A stretch of DNA of 63,993 nt, filler included, from Basidiobolus ranarum (lineage: Eukaryota), in assembly GCA_040143965.1 (NCBI GenBank). It is 5 parts of 5 records of this genome, joined end to end, with 100 filler letters (N's around TTAATTAATTAA, not from the genome) between each part and the next. Parts side by side here need not be neighbours in the genome. Positions count along the whole stretch, not along the records: positions 51,468 to 63,993 come from JASJQH010007411.1; 4 more parts are not named here. One strand, given 5' to 3'. A program made the position numbers and the translations under genes. The stretch's first letter is position 1. The number at the start of each line of letters is the position of its first letter. The notes below the pieces were generated by a model. The model saw only the letters and a program-made list of their open reading frames with translations, searched no databases and was not told the origin of the DNA. Below are positions 62,265 to 63,993 of this stretch, piece after piece.

Positions 62265-63158
62265 TTAGAGCCCTTTGTCGAGTCCATCTTTTTGGAAGAA
62301 CTCCATCATTTGAGCTACTAAACTTTCCAAAGAGGTAAGCCATTCGTTCATTTCAGCCTGAACAGTTGGGAGATCTGAGCCCAGCTTGGCGTAAAAGTCT
62401 TTGCGATAAGGACATGCCTTCATAGCTAACTGAAATAACCATAGAAATGTCAACTTAGTTAGTTGAGAGCAAGCGAAGAGGATTAAATTATCTTACGCTA
62501 AATATGGGTCGAACAACAAAATTATGATATTTCTTAAGTGTCAACCCATAGGCCTCTGTGAAAGACACACTCAATTCCTCTTGAGGATTATCCAAATTGC
62601 GTCTTAAGGCTTTGGAAGTGAAATCCAGTCCTCTGAATAATACATATTAAATTTATCTGTAAGAGATTTAGCTTTATATGATTTACCTTAGCAACCACAG
62701 CAGACCCTGCGACGCAGGTCTTTCTTTCCCCTCTTTGGCTTCAGTAGTTACCAGTTTTTGTAAAGTGTTGTAATTGGATGGATTGGTGGTGTATTTCGTG
62801 CGTATTTTCTGTTAAAGGTGACTTCATAAGAAGTGGAATGGGTAAAAGCTTATTGTCAGTACACTTACATTAACATTGCCACCCAAGTCGGTCTTCACAG
62901 GGGTGAATGCAGTCGAATTTAAGAGATCTAAGCCACAAAAATAACCTTCGATTAATATGCTAACAAGAGCAAAAAGAAAAACTAAAGCAAAGCGAAGCTA
63001 TCTAAAGAACAAAAGAAGTTATATATTTTGTACTAACCAAACAGCTTGACTACTTCCTCTGACGCTTCATAGAAACCTACAGTGTCAATCCCCTCTGTAG
63101 TTACAGGAACATCTTTGTAGTTCGTTTTGAGCTGAGAAAACCAAGTTTCATTTGACAT
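62265..63158 (-). CDS. Glycolipid transfer protein (GLTP / HET-C2 family), 5 exons
   Basis: F|DLLNSTAFTPVKTDLGGNV.KIR, GLLWLLRGLDFT, KYHNFVVRPIFS|LAMKACPYRKDFYAKLG. Confidence 0.94.
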
Positions 63159-63588
63159 TGTAGGATAATTGGTACCAAGATGGGTTTACAAGAGTTAAAT
63201 GCAAAGACTTGACTCAACAGCCTTTACCAGCCGATTACGATCCCTTTTAATACTGTTTCCTGTTCAGATTGAAGCACACATAAGCATACGATGCCAAGCA
63301 TTCTCAGAATTAACTATTGTTGTTTCGATAATGCTACTATAGAGTGTACCATAAGAATGTATACTCGATAATCAAAAATCGAACGTTTTCAATCTCCATC
63401 ACTTTTCAGCATCAATATCCTAACTCTAAAAATTTAGCAAACCGAGCCAACCAAGTCTACCACAATCAAGAAAAAGGGTGAGCAAAAATTAATATATGAA
63501 CCCTGAAATTAAGATCCCGTTGAGTCAAGTATATCAAGGAGAAATCATTAGATATCTTCTTTCTCTTTCGCATCCTAGTGGATTAAAG

Positions 63589-63885
63589 ATGGTACGTTCT
63601 TACCCATAGTCTATGAAGCTATAATTTTGAATCTTTCATATCGACCCTACCCATCCATTCTTCACATTTACTCAGCAATAGCAATAGTAAGATGAATGTG
63701 ATGGGTCAGGTTTAAAATTTTAATTTACAACATGAATCTTACTTTTTGCTTCTTGAAAATAGTCTGTGGCTGCTAGACCCGTCATTAACGTCTATTCCGA
63801 AGCCGGTAACGGCTCCGTTGCTACCGTCACTCTTCCTGCTGTCTTCAAGGCTCCCATCCGTCCCGATGTTGTGAGCTTTGTCCAC
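63589..63885 (+). CDS. RPL4: 60S ribosomal protein L4 (uL4), 5' part; homology stops at 63885
   Basis: ATG|GTACGT intron 63592-63762, then [11 protein letters not shown]...[18 protein letters not shown]. The expected TN..KN.RQPYAV does not follow. Confidence 0.88.
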
Positions 63886-63993
63886 TATGTTTGCCTTTGC
63901 CTTTGTAAAGAGGCAGAACATTTGCTATTGACCACTCCTCAGGAGTATTAAGCTGCAAGCAACACTGCTCAAACAAGGGTGACAAGAAGGAAG

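Overview
Eukaryotic, intron-rich fungal DNA. The gene set and style suggest an early-diverging fungus, possibly Basidiobolus-like; this is inference only. The window is not one locus. It holds five ~12.7 kb contigs joined by artificial N44-TTAATTAATTAA-N44 linkers in decreasing length order. Contig 1 (1-12779) has no intact gene and almost no CpG; it contains a decayed ~80-bp tandem array and a CpG-eroded DUF6589-like element. Contig 2 carries RPS27 and several hypothetical genes. Contig 3 carries a dead, CpG-depleted Ty1/copia pol fragment and a head-to-head pair of paralogous, intronless, probably secreted giant coiled-coil repeat proteins (>2200 aa) that I cannot assign to a family. Contig 4 carries RhoGDI, the PKA regulatory subunit and a Rim15-type kinase. 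Contig 5 carries an EngB GTPase, MAK5/DDX24, a UBL-PHD-SRA-RING UHRF1-like gene, an alpha-arrestin, GLTP/HET-C2 and an interrupted RPL4. Two leads stand out: (i) the giant fibrous coiled-coil family; (ii) an animal-like CpG maintenance-methylation signature, i.e. a UHRF1 orthologue with adjacent E2F/SCB and MCB promoter sites plus transposon-restricted CpG loss. All alignments, counts and folds were done by eye.
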